64,000 nt of DNA, taken from Eledone cirrhosa (lineage: Eukaryota). The DNA lies in assembly GCA_964016885.1 (NCBI GenBank), contig OZ024741.1, positions 138,818,001-138,882,000 of the forward strand. Reading direction: 5' to 3'. Both the position numbers and the translations under genes were made by a program. Numbering within the stretch: position 1 is the first letter of the stretch; each line of letters starts with the position of its first letter. A model generated the notes under the pieces. The model saw nothing but the letters and a program-made list of their open reading frames with translations, was not told the origin of the DNA and searched no databases. Shown here piece after piece: positions 27,094 through 41,797 of the stretch.

Positions 27094-27131
27094 CCTTTTG
27101 AAAAGCAGAAGAACTGCGAAACCGGTAAAGG
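27094..27131 (+). ncRNA. Minimal type I hammerhead, U3-A8 variant
   Basis: CCUU-UUGAAAA-GCAG aagaa CUGC-GAAA-CCGG-UA-AAGG; palindromic stem III ACCGGU. Confidence 0.8.
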
Positions 27132-27262
27132 AACCAAATAAATATATAAATTTTTTTAAAATATAAGACTCCAGTTGCATTTTCGATTTCATCTCTTTTT
27201 CTTTATACTTTCATTCGTGTAGGACACCTCGGTTATTTTTCATTTTGTAAAAAAAACCTCAC

Positions 27263-27324
<62 letters not shown>

Positions 27325-27409
27325 TTTACGTATCGAGAAAGAGAGAAAAAGGAGGGATAGGTGATACATATAGTTATTTGCCAAGTAGCGTATATATATA
27401 TATATATAT

Positions 27410-27960
27410 TCAGTATGCAGATTGGAGCACTCGACGAAGTGCGCTGGTTGGCTTGTTTACTCCGGAGTAATGTAAAATAATTAAGTCAAATATATAAAAT
27501 TTGGCTTCGTTTATTATAAGTTATAGATATACTGCTATATATATTTCGGTGACAGCCATCATTAGCTGTGACCTCTTTAGGCAGTCCGAATTGGTGTGGA
27601 AAAGACAGGTACACATGTTGTTGAAGTGTGTTTTATTCCGTCAATACATCGATATGTCCAGCTCCTGGTAGTGTTGTTATTCCTCTGAAGAACTGGAATC
27701 ATATGGGTTAGAACAAATAAATTTCGGCGTCATAGGACACGCTCGAATCCCATTGGTCAGTTGTGAGAACATTCCTCAGTCCAAAGTCTATAGAATTTTT
27801 CCTGAGACAAGTGAATCTATTATAGTTATATTTGTACCTATGTTTAAGTACAGCTGACCTCCTCCATTGTGTTGGTAGTGGTGTTAAGGGGTCAGGTGTC
27901 AGGTCATCTTTAGTGTGCTGCTGCTTTGTTCTGAAGAATGTATGTGTGTAGGCTGGCATC
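27410..27960 (-). repeat. HHR-bearing pLTR-type repeat; second copy at ~55945-56660
   Basis: Shared GGAGCACTCGACGAAGTGCGC..TACTCCGGAGTAATGTAAAATAA..GAACTGGAATCATATG..CATTGGTCAGTT blocks. Confidence 0.75.
27531..27585 (-). ncRNA. Hammerhead of the same family as 56058-56112, with a core mutation
   Basis: ACUGC-CUAAAGA-GGU..ACC-GAAA-UAUAUA-UA-GCAGU; G5A is likely inactivating. Confidence 0.6.
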
Positions 27961-28107
27961 TATCCTGTCACCATTTCACGTCGTGTGGGGTGCCAAACAA
28001 ATAAAAAATGCGTGTGTGTTACAACCAATATCAAAAGTTGAAAGATTTGAAAAGTATTAACTGAAGTAGAAAACCTGTGTCAGATCGGGAAGTGTAAAGA
28101 ATTACAA

Positions 28108-29129
28108 TTGTTATTTTATCATTACAGTCCAAGTCTCAGACACATACATCAGCACAGACTCCACTACAGCAACGAAGAGGCGGATCTTCATGTATTTACG
28201 AAGGTCCGACTTCCACACCGATCTCAAGATGTGGCACGCCGCCCAGGCTTTGCTCTTCCTCTCGACTACATCATCTCCCGTATTCCCAATCTTTGCTCCC
28301 AAATGCATGATGTCCTCAACCAATTCAAGCGGCTTCCCGCATACATTAGTGATCTTCTCTAGCTTCTTAATATTCTCTACCAGATATTTCGTCTGAATCC
28401 CATTCATTCTCAGCCTCACACTCGCCACACAGTCTCCACTCCTGCATCAAATCCTCTGCCTCCTTCACTGTGTTTGTCACCAAAACTATGTCGTCGGCAA
28501 ATTCAGCATCCGATATCTTTTTCGCCTTAATTCTCCTGCTCTGAACCGTTGTTACAGTAAAGCCAGAATACTGGTGTTTCTCCAGCGCACGGCGCATACA
28601 ATAGTCCACTGCGATGGTAAAAAGGTAGAGAGTCAATGTATATCCCTAGAGCACTCCAGCCAGTATCACAAAGAACTCTGTCATCCCATCAGTGTAATGA
28701 CTTGGGCTTTCGTGTTGGTGTAGAGCTGTGATATCAGGTCCACTAACTTCTTGGGATTTCCATAAGCCTGTAAGATTTTCATCAGGCAGTGACGGTCAAC
28801 AGAATCAAAGGCCTGAACATTAATCAGTATACACTGAAGATGAAGAACTCAGAGCTGTCCGGGATCCTCCCAAAGGTCAGCTCAAAAGTGACAGAGGAGA
28901 CTGAGGCTAGCTGAACATGCTCACCGACATCCAGAGTTGACACTGCACTCAGTGCTCCTGTGGGAGACCCTGCATGGACACACTGGAAGAGGAAGACAGA
29001 GGTTAACATATGTTGATGCCCTAAAGACGAAAACTGGTTTCTTGGAGACACAGGGTATGGCAGCGATAATGAGGAACAGAGACCGCTGGAGAGAACTCGT
29101 TCACGGATCTCAGGAATTTTACCCGCCTG

Positions 29130-29130
<1 letters not shown>
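28108..29130. mobile_element. Truncated RTE LINE with internal 5' inversion
   Basis: 28108-28813 (-) encodes AFDSVD..EFADD..VLMYVSETWT. 28814-29130 (+) encodes the continuation LNI..RLRLA.H..RGRQRLTYVD..RDRWR. Confidence 0.8.
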
Positions 29131-29195
<65 letters not shown>

Positions 29196-29404
29196 ATTTA
29201 TATATATATATATATGTATGTATATATAGGTACATTTCCTGTAGCTATGAGTCACGGATAAAAAGCTATATCATTTATCTATTGTTTCTTCGTAAGTATA
29301 TTTTAAACTTATAGCCTCGTTTAAATGATTTTTTGTGTGGCTCATTTATGCTGATTGGGAGAAGAAATACTTTATATATTTTATCTAATGATTCTATGGA
29401 CTTA

Positions 29405-29467
<63 letters not shown>

Positions 29468-29964
29468 AATATAAATTAGCGAGACTCGTATTTCGGCTTT
29501 GGAATTAGCGAAAAACAACTTCCGAGATGTGTGGCAAGCGCTCAATAATTCTGACGAACCAGAGCTACAACATACGTTAAAGGCCAAACACACTGAGACG
29601 ATGGTTAAACCGTCATCCGCACAGCCATAGAAACGACCAAGTAATTCGGGTCAAACAAATAAAAAAATATGTGATTAACAATTTACCCGGACCCCTGGAT
29701 GGTTGGTAAAATCCAGCATTTGGTTTTCTGCGACTCCTAAATCAAGTACTGTCCGCTTAGACAAATAATGTTAGGCTTCTGGTAAGATGATTGAACAAGG
29801 ATGTCACTTTCTCAACAGGTTTTAGTTCAAGTGCCAGGCTAAGGAATGACCATTAACAATACCCACGTGGGACTTGACAAGGGAGGCAATCCTTATTTTT
29901 GGCGGATGAATTCAGTATGCGTATATTATTACATATATGCAAAATATCACAAAACGAATAAATA

Positions 29965-30146
29965 TATAAGGAAAACAGATGAAATCGAAAATGCAACTGG
30001 AGTCTTTTTTTTTTAAATATATATATTTATATGGTTCATTTACCGGTTTCGCAGTTTTTATGCCTTTCAAAAGTAGAATTGAGATGGATTGTTTGTGGTT
30101 TTTCTCACAGATGTGAGAAAAGCCACAAACCCTCAATCTCAATTCT
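29965..30146. repeat. Older, diverged copy of the same palindromic pLTR, right arm cut short
   Basis: GAAATCGAAAATGCAACTGGAGTC...TTTCTCACAGATGTGAGAAAAGCCAC; degenerate HHR at 30037-30074 (-). Confidence 0.8.
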
Positions 30147-30149
30147 AAA

Positions 30150-33100
30150 TTTGAGACATTCTGCTTGGATACATTCCAGTTTCGAAGCGGTATCCCTCGG
30201 TCTTTTCCTGACCCTGGACTGCAGCTCCGTCAAGGAGACAAGCTGTGGGAAAACATGCCTGCGAACGGCGAACACACCTGTTCACTTTCAAGGAACTATT
30301 AGAGATGTCGCAGCCTCAACGCTTGTTTGCGGATCATCACCCATGGCATGACCAGTCCTCCCCGCAAAGTGTGATGACAGCAGATGGATCGTCTGACCAT
30401 GGGAGCGCGTCCCTTCCACAAAAAGCGGAAGAGGAGGCTCTCCATTTTGGTGAGAGTTGGGCCGGGGCAAGGGACACGGTCAGGCGGTAGCAGATTACGG
30501 ATTCAATGTACGCATTCGCCACCTCCGCCCGGCCATTTAGGGACAGCTTCCTCTCGGCCCATTTCTGGGTGAGGGAGGCTACCCTGCTCGTCACCTCGCT
30601 CCAGTTTTTCTCCATCTGGAGATCCGGTCCCAACCAGACCCCTAGCAATTTACCGGTCCGTCCGTCCAATGCCCCACAACGCTGTCGGACGGCATGGACT
30701 TGCCTCTCCAGGTGCCGAGCTGCAAGCCCACCGACTTTTCCTGGTTTATCTTTGCTCCTGTCACCGCTTCGTATTCCTTGAGAGTGGTGCCGAGCATCTG
30801 GACGTGTCTGGTGCTCGACACCACGACGATGACGTTGTCGGCGTAAGCCGACTCGGATTTCCCGCATCCTAGTTCGCGTAGGACGCCCCTCATTGCTCCC
30901 AATTTGTGTAGTAACGGCTCGAGAGCCAATACGTACAAGAGGGACGAGAGAGGACGACCCAGGCGGACCGAGCGCATGATGCTGAACAGCTGCGACAGGT
31001 GACCGTTCACGCTCACAACTGAGCAGATGTATCTGTACATCGCAGCTATCCAACCCCTGAAAACGGGCCCGAAACCGGCTCGAGGACCGAGTACCGATGG
31101 TCGACCCTATCGAATGCTTTGGATTGATCCAAGTTGATCAGGGCCTAACCCGTGCCAGGTTCCTTAACCACCCTCACTAAGATGTATCGTATGAGGTGGA
31201 GGTAGCCGTGTATGGATCCGTCCGGAATGACGCTTGTCTGCGCCTCTCCCACCAGACCCTCGACGACAAGCACCAACCTCGTTGCTAACACTTTGGCCAA
31301 CATCTTGAATCTGCGTTTAGCAGGGTTATGGGGCTGAAGTTATCGATAACAACCCCCTTGTTCGGGTCTTTTCTCAGCAGCTCCACCGCTCCCCGTCTCC
31401 AAAAACTAGGAATGCTCCCGTTCTGCTGCCAGTTGCAGTAGACGTCTGCTAAGAGGTCACCGAACAAGTCTGACATAAATGCATAAAGCTGGTAGGGCAG
31501 ACCATCCCAACCTGGCGATTTACCCCTCGTGCAGTTAGCCATCGCTTCCCGTATTTCACCGGCTGTTATTGGCTTTTCGCAACATTGTTGCGGTCGTCGA
31601 GAGCCGAGGCAGTCCGTCGAGGTATGCACTGAAGTCCATACCCGATCCGGCCTACTGCTACTCCCGAGCAGTTCAGCAAAGTGCTGCTGAAAAGCCTCAC
31701 ACATCTGCTGTGGTTTGAGCAACACGCGCTCGTTTTGGTCAGACAAAGACCGAATTGTGACTTTATTGCCACGTCGCGCCTCTGCCACCCGGGCCCATTG
31801 GACGGCGTTTGACCCCTCGTATTTCAGAGCGCGCGCTCTAGCTCTGACAACGGAGCCTTTGTGTTTTGCGTTGAAGAATTGGTCTAGTGCCAATCTCGCC
31901 ACAAGCACGTCGGTTGCGAAGCCTGTCCTAAATGCCTGTTCTAGCTTTCTGACTAGCTCTCCCTCTACTCTATTTTCCTCTATCACTAGTCCTTTGCTAA
32001 ACCTAATCGACTCTACTTTAATTGCCCTTTTCAAGGCGAACCACCAACTGTTGTTGACGACCACTCCCGTCAACGCCCGCTTAACTAATACGCTAATCCG
32101 GTCTCTGTAGGCTTTGCGCGCCGGGAAAGACGCGTTCAGCTTCCAGTAACCAGGTCCTTGTCTCTGAAGTCTATCTATGTCAATCTCACAGATCATAAAT
32201 TTGTGGTCTGTGTAGTTGACTATTTTGAATTGTGGACAACTTATACTAGCCTTATCTAGTTCTCTGCAGAATACCCTATCGAGATACGATCTGGATGACC
32301 CGATGCGGTTTGTCCATGTCCACATTGGCACATTCGGGTGATCCAGTCGATACCTGTCAGACAGTTCAAAACGTCTGAGCAGGTTGGTGAGGCTCTTGCA
32401 ACCTCCTCCCCTATCCACAAGCCCCACACAATCCCAGCGTGCATCCAAGATACCGTTCCAGCCGCCCACTAACACTAAAGAGCGGGACGTTCCAAGAAAG
32501 GTCTCTAGCCGTCTGAAGAAATCTTGCCGTCCTGCGCCAGTTTGGGCGTAGACGGCTACTAGCCTGAAAGCATTGCCTTCGCTGCCGGTCACGTCCAGCC
32601 CCACCGACTTACCTTCTGGGTCCAGGAAGATGGCCCGTATGGCGAGATCCAAGCCTCTCCGAAAAAAGGACGGCAACGCCTCACCCCCGATCCTGGACGG
32701 CTCGGAGATGCGTATACATCGCAGCCGCCGACAATCGGTACGAAGGCCCGTGCTTCGGAGATTCTGGTCTCGCTGATGGCCACCACATTTATGTTTAGTG
32801 ACCTGAAGTCGTTGAGCAGGTGACCCTGCTTCCAAGATCAGCCCAGGCCTCGTGCATTTATACTACCTATTCTAAGTACGGCCATGTTGGATGAGAAACG
32901 AGGCAAGTGAAAAAGGGTCACTTACCTTGATCGTGTGGTGAAGGGACAGTAGAACCGTCGCTTTGGCTGGTCCTGGGTGTTTCCAAGAGGATGTCAGTGT
33001 GTATCCTCTTGGTAACCAGCCCTCTGAAGTCTCCAACTGCGTTGGGGAATTTTTGTTTTAAAAGTTTGTACTGTTCTATTTTGATATCAATGATGCTTAT

Positions 33101-35207
33101 GTTTGTCGGGAGAGTTCTTGGTGTTGGTGGGGTGTAGTATTTTTTTCCTGTGATGTCTGTGTGCTGCTTTATATGCTGTATGAGTTCTTTATTTGCCATG
33201 TTTATGGCTGTGTACTTTTTGGGAGGAGGTGTGATCTTGTTGCTGTTTTCTTCCTATTGCTGTTGGGTGTGCGTGTTAAGTTGTGTTTGCGTTGTTGGTG
33301 TTTTTCGTGATGCCGCTGGTGGTGTGGTTGTGGTTGGCGGTGGTGCATGTGGTGGTGGTGTTGATGGTGGTGGTGTTGCTGCAAGTCTCCTTGCAGCCTT
33401 TACCCCTCTTTGTGTACCTTCGGTTTTGGAGGGTGAAGCTAAGTGTTTTTTCATTTTTGTTTTTTGTGGCAGACCGTTTGCCACTTCACTCCCGCCTCAG
33501 ATACCATGTCGGATTCCGTGGCGTCTGGGAGGGGTATGTGCTCCACGGCTGTTGGTGGTGATAGTGGAGCCCTCACCGGCCATTTTGTTGCTGGAGCAGC
33601 TACTGCAAATGTAGCTACTGGTGTTGCCGCCATTGATGCTGCTGCTTTAGTTGTCCGTGGCCTTGGTACGGTGGCCATGGATGTTGCCCTCCTACTCACC
33701 GTGGAAGGGGCTTCTGCGTTTGTTGCTAGACCGGCTCTTGGTAGCAGCGGACCAGGTATTGGAAGGAGAGGGGACATTCTTCTTCGCTGTCTTCTGCATG
33801 CAAAAGGCCCTGAGGTGACCCTTTGACCCACAGAGACACTTTGGCCGTCTTCCTTCCACGCTTATAGGGAGTTGGAGTCCTTCCTCGAGGTATATGTTAT
33901 CGGGCATAGCGTCGATACACTCCTGGTCAGTTTGTATAAGCATTTGCATGACTAAACCTGACCAGTTCTCTCTCCCTATTTTCTCTACTTGCAGCATGGT
34001 CGTCCTGTCCTCGACTCCAGCAAGGATAGACGCGGCCAGCCAAGGTATGGGCATGTCGGGTGGGATCTGGGTCACTTTGACCCTCACAATTTTCTGCCCG
34101 CAGTAGGCGGGCACCATGACTATCTCCTCACTCTTTATTGTTTCCAAAGAGTGAGACTTCGCTTCTTGGTGGGTGGCGAAAAGTACGTCCCCTTGGCGTA
34201 CTTTCTGCCTCGGGTGTTGTGGGTTTTGCGCGGCCAGACGCACCTCAATGCCTTTTGGATTTGAGTCTCCGTGGCTCTCTCCATCCGATGTGACATTTTG
34301 CTTACGGTGCGGTAAGTCACCGTCCGTAGCTGCTGGTCCTTGAAAAAATCGGGTCGAGGTTTCATGGATACTCTATTGGCGTTTCTTGTCACCATGTCCT
34401 TTACGACTGCCATCTCCTCCTCTGTGACTAACACTGTTTCGATATTTCGGGCGACACCTGCAAAAGAAGTGGTCCCTTTTTCAACAGCACCACTATTGCT
34501 GACTGGTCTTGCTGGTGGTGCTGAGATTGCTGTTACAGGTATCGATGTCATTGCTGATGTTTTCGTTGGTACTGTTGTTGTTGTTGTTGTTGTTTTCGTT
34601 GATACTGTTGCTGCTGTTACTGTTATTGTGACTTGTTATTATTGTTGATTTTGTTGATAATGTTCCGACTATTATTGTTGTTGTGGTTATTGTTATTGTC
34701 ATTGGTATTGTCGTTCTCGACCTTACCGCTGTTATTTTTGTTGTTGCTGTTGTTATTGATGGTGTTGTTGTCGGTGTTATTGTTGGTGTCGTTTGTGTTA
34801 GAAATATTTGGTAATTTTAAATCTGTAACAATATCATTAAAACGATATTGTTCCTCTTTTCCTTCGTAATATTTTCTTTTATATTTACCTTCGCTACAAC
34901 GCTGTCTTGTTGATATGTTGACAAAGTCTCCCTCTCTCTGTGTTATCTGACAGCGCTCTCTCCCTTTCTTGTGTTATCCGTGTTGAAAGAAATTTGTTTT
35001 CAAATAATATTTTTACATAGTACATAATACGACACCCCGTAAAGGGTGCTGTATTATTTACGAGTGAACCCCTGTATTAGGTGGGTCACTTCTTCTAAAC
35101 TTTTATCAAGTTTAAAACTTAAATAAATGGTTTGAAACTGTTGAAAACGAGGTAAACTGTTGAAAAAAATACTGTAGGCGATAAGGAGCGTGGCTTCACC
35201 TTCGATA
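30150..35207 (-). mobile_element. Degenerate Tx1/L1-clade LINE (family B), missing its 3' end
   Basis: Frameshifted ORF1 (~32918-34916; Asn-rich N-terminus, SFAGV, VEGRRPKC..CGSKGH). Frameshifted ORF2 from ATG 32885 (GAGRQDFFRRLETFLGTSRSL, QGPGYWKLN, SAYADN, WLGPDLQMEKNW), homologous to family A. Confidence 0.9.
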
Positions 35208-36010
35208 ATAATAATAATAATAATAATATTATACATGTCGGCCCTTGTGGCTAATAAATGAAATCATTAATAATGAATAATAATAATGAGTATAAGTGAA
35301 GTTTCAGCAGCACAATAGCAGATGAACAATCGAATTATGAGAGGCTGTCACGAAGCAGTCAATGAGTAAATAGTTGATAAATTTCTCCTCAGATTGAACA
35401 TAAAAGGGTAAAGAATAGTGACACCATGGAAGAGACCAGATGCATGTTGCCACGGTAATACAGCAACAATGTTATATACAAACAGTTCGAAAAACGAAAC
35501 TGAACCATCTCGATAGATATGAATCAATCTAATTGATAAGTATCTTCGATACTTTTCTGGGAAAATACGGAGTGGTACATTCTACGTTGCGTAACTTTTA
35601 TGCATGTCAATAATGCATCCTATAATAGAACGGGGATATCCCTTCATCAACATCCATATCCCTTCTTCGTATTCTGAGACAATCGACTGTTGCAGTAAAT
35701 TTGGCAGTGGGGTCACGTGGCCTTTCTAAAAAATTGGAAGGTCTGTTGGTTGAATTTTGGCGGGTACATTCAAAGAGTGAACAAAGGATTTATTCACAGC
35801 CTCGAAATAAGCTGTCAACTAGGTTTACAAACAATCAATTAAAAAAAAATATTTTTTTCTACTTTTGGCACAAGGCCAGCAAATCCTCAGTACATTACTG
35901 TGTGTTTGTTTGCGTATTTGTATGTATGTGTATGTATGGATATGTTGATATACATGTGTGTATGTATGTATATGTATATGTATGTGTATTTGTACGTGTA
36001 TGTATATGTG

Positions 36011-36083
<73 letters not shown>

Positions 36084-36397
36084 ATGTATGTATATATATG
36101 TGTATGTTTATATGTGTGTGTATGTAATTGTGTGTGTGTGTGCATGTGTGTTTATTTTTCCTTTCATTCTTCCTTTTCCAGCCTCACTTTCATATAGATT
36201 ATATTTTTGTGTTTAAAATATAATGTCAATAAATACACCAGCATTTTTTCATTCTGATGATTGAAAGTCAAATTTGTGTGCTTTCAAGAAACCACTGGTA
36301 AATGAAATAATTGCCTTATGTTGTTTATTACATAACTATTAAGCTATGTAACCTACATAGAGCACTCATTTTTTGGACCTTTCCGACGGAATTACTT

Positions 36398-39445
<3,048 letters not shown>

Positions 39446-39618
39446 TGTCATTAATTTGGTCATTATTTTTGATTGCTGGTAGTTTTTTACTCTTATATAT
39501 ATATATATATATATTTATTTGGTCTACGGTTCTTATATATTTGATATATATTTATCCTTATCGAGCCCCCTTCGGATTTGTGTCTTCAAATTTATTATTA
39601 TTACTATTATTATTATTA

Positions 39619-39664
<46 letters not shown>

Positions 39665-39711
39665 TATTATTACTATTATTATTATTATTAATATATATAT
39701 ATATATATGTA

Positions 39712-39742
<31 letters not shown>

Positions 39743-40573
39743 ATAAGAACAAAGTGGAGGCGTTACATACGTGATTCATTGCTCACTTCGATTACAAATG
39801 TTTCCCAGGCAGCCGGCTCGTGATCTGGGGCCATACCAGGACTGATCCCCATACCAGTGTTAACATAAACAAAAAAAACGAAAGCAGCCAGTCACAAGCA
39901 AGCCTATAGAATGACCAATCATAGACCTAGAATCCAACGGAGGCACGTGTCCCATGCATTACAAGAAAATAACCGTTAAAAAGAAAAACGAAAACAAAAG
40001 CAAAATATAATCACACACATACACACACACATGCATAAAATACCCACACACCCACACACGTAGAAATTTCACATGTGCATACATATACATACACGTACAC
40101 ACGTACATATATATAAATACACAAACATACATATGTTTACATACATCATAAAAACATACGCAAAATGCAAGAATCTACCCTCAAATTCCTGCAGAAGTAC
40201 ATTGAGAGGGGTTCATACGGGATTTGAAGTAACCCTTTAGGTTGAAAGGTCAGCGTCAGGTGTGATCCAGTCCGTGGTGGGACGCGGTCAAAAAAGTAAG
40301 TACGCCACCGCAACCCTTAGCTAAATGAGTCAGTGTACTGTACCATCCTACACAGGTAGGTGTTGCTATCAGGTATTGGTCTGTCCTTAGAAGAAGATGC
40401 GCAGGTAGACATCTCCATTGTACTCAGCTGTAAGCCCTCTACCTTGGAGAGAGCATTATACGTGCAAAAGGTACAGTAAGTTCGAAGAAAACTTGTCAGA
40501 ATACCAAAGTCAGTACTCGATGCAGAGCAGAGTGTATATAATAGGAATATGTTCATATTATATACATATATAG

Positions 40574-41117
40574 GGTTATGTCGAACAGCTGTTGTCACGT
40601 GTAGATCCGGCTATCGAGCGAGTCATAGTGAAGATCGCTCCGCCGCCTTCTTTTGAGAGGGAAGGGCAGAGAATTTTCGTCTGTCTGGTGGCGGTAGACC
40701 AGGTTGAAAGGACTGAAGACACACTTTTTTCTTCGGCCAATCCCTCATCGACTTTTTTGAAGTTTGACTCGGAACGTAAGGGGAGGTTAAAGAGAAAAGT
40801 ACTACCCCGCCCCCAGTACATTTGCTAAAAGATGGGTGAATGTAGCGAGAAAGGCCCGTGTGAATGGTTCTACTCTTAGCATACGCCTGTAGGCTGGTTA
40901 ATTTGAAGGGAGATTGGTAGCCTTCCCTGGCACCCTCGAAACGTGAGTTGGTTCAGGATTGGTGTGTTACGTGTGTCGCCCTACGGGGGTTATGGCCTCT
41001 GTTGTGGAATGCAATTTGTTATAATTGTATTGTTATTTTATTATCGTTATTTATATTGTTTACACGTTTACATATGTAAACTTTCACTATCACTGTACAT
41101 TGTATTGTCCCCCGTAT
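40574..41117 (+). mobile_element. 3' fragment of a Tx1 element (ORF2 C-terminus plus 3'UTR)
   Basis: Encodes YVEQLLSRV..IVKIAPPPSF..FVCLVA and RWVNVARKARVNGSTLSIRL*, matching the family A C-terminus RWVKVARMARVNGPSLYIRL*. Followed by (TAG)n. Confidence 0.8.
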
Positions 41118-41178
<61 letters not shown>

Positions 41179-41185
41179 CAGCAGC

Positions 41186-41237
<52 letters not shown>

Positions 41238-41540
41238 TTTGCACCAGCAATTCTGTTTACATTTAATATCGTTGTTTTTCATATGAGTACTTTAATTAAA
41301 ACTGGATGTGTCTATGTATGGACAGTGCTTGTATTTATTATGTAGCGTGTGTGTATCTATGATTATATGTACGTATCCGCTTCGTTGTTTGACAATTACA
41401 ACAGTAGATCAGGACCAGCATCAATTATGCTCTCATGTGACATCTGACGCGGAAAATGTCTCTGTATACACAATAGACATAATATCATTGTTATTTGCTT
41501 CACCTTCTCTTTTTGTCTTTCTGCCGCCTTTCTATGTATC

Positions 41541-41581
<41 letters not shown>

Positions 41582-41624
41582 CTATTCTATGTATATATAT
41601 ATATATATATATATATTTCTATTC

Positions 41625-41669
<45 letters not shown>

Positions 41670-41708
41670 CTATTCTATATGTATATATATACATATATAT
41701 TTCTATTC

Positions 41709-41739
<31 letters not shown>

Positions 41740-41747
41740 TTCTATTC

Positions 41748-41797
<50 letters not shown>

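Larger units (their letters stand above)
26910..27270. repeat. Solo palindromic pLTR (fold-back) of the 36.5 kb PLE family
   Basis: About 140-bp near-perfect inverted arms centred at ~27057; the right arm matches 36518-36728 in reverse complement. Confidence 0.88.
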
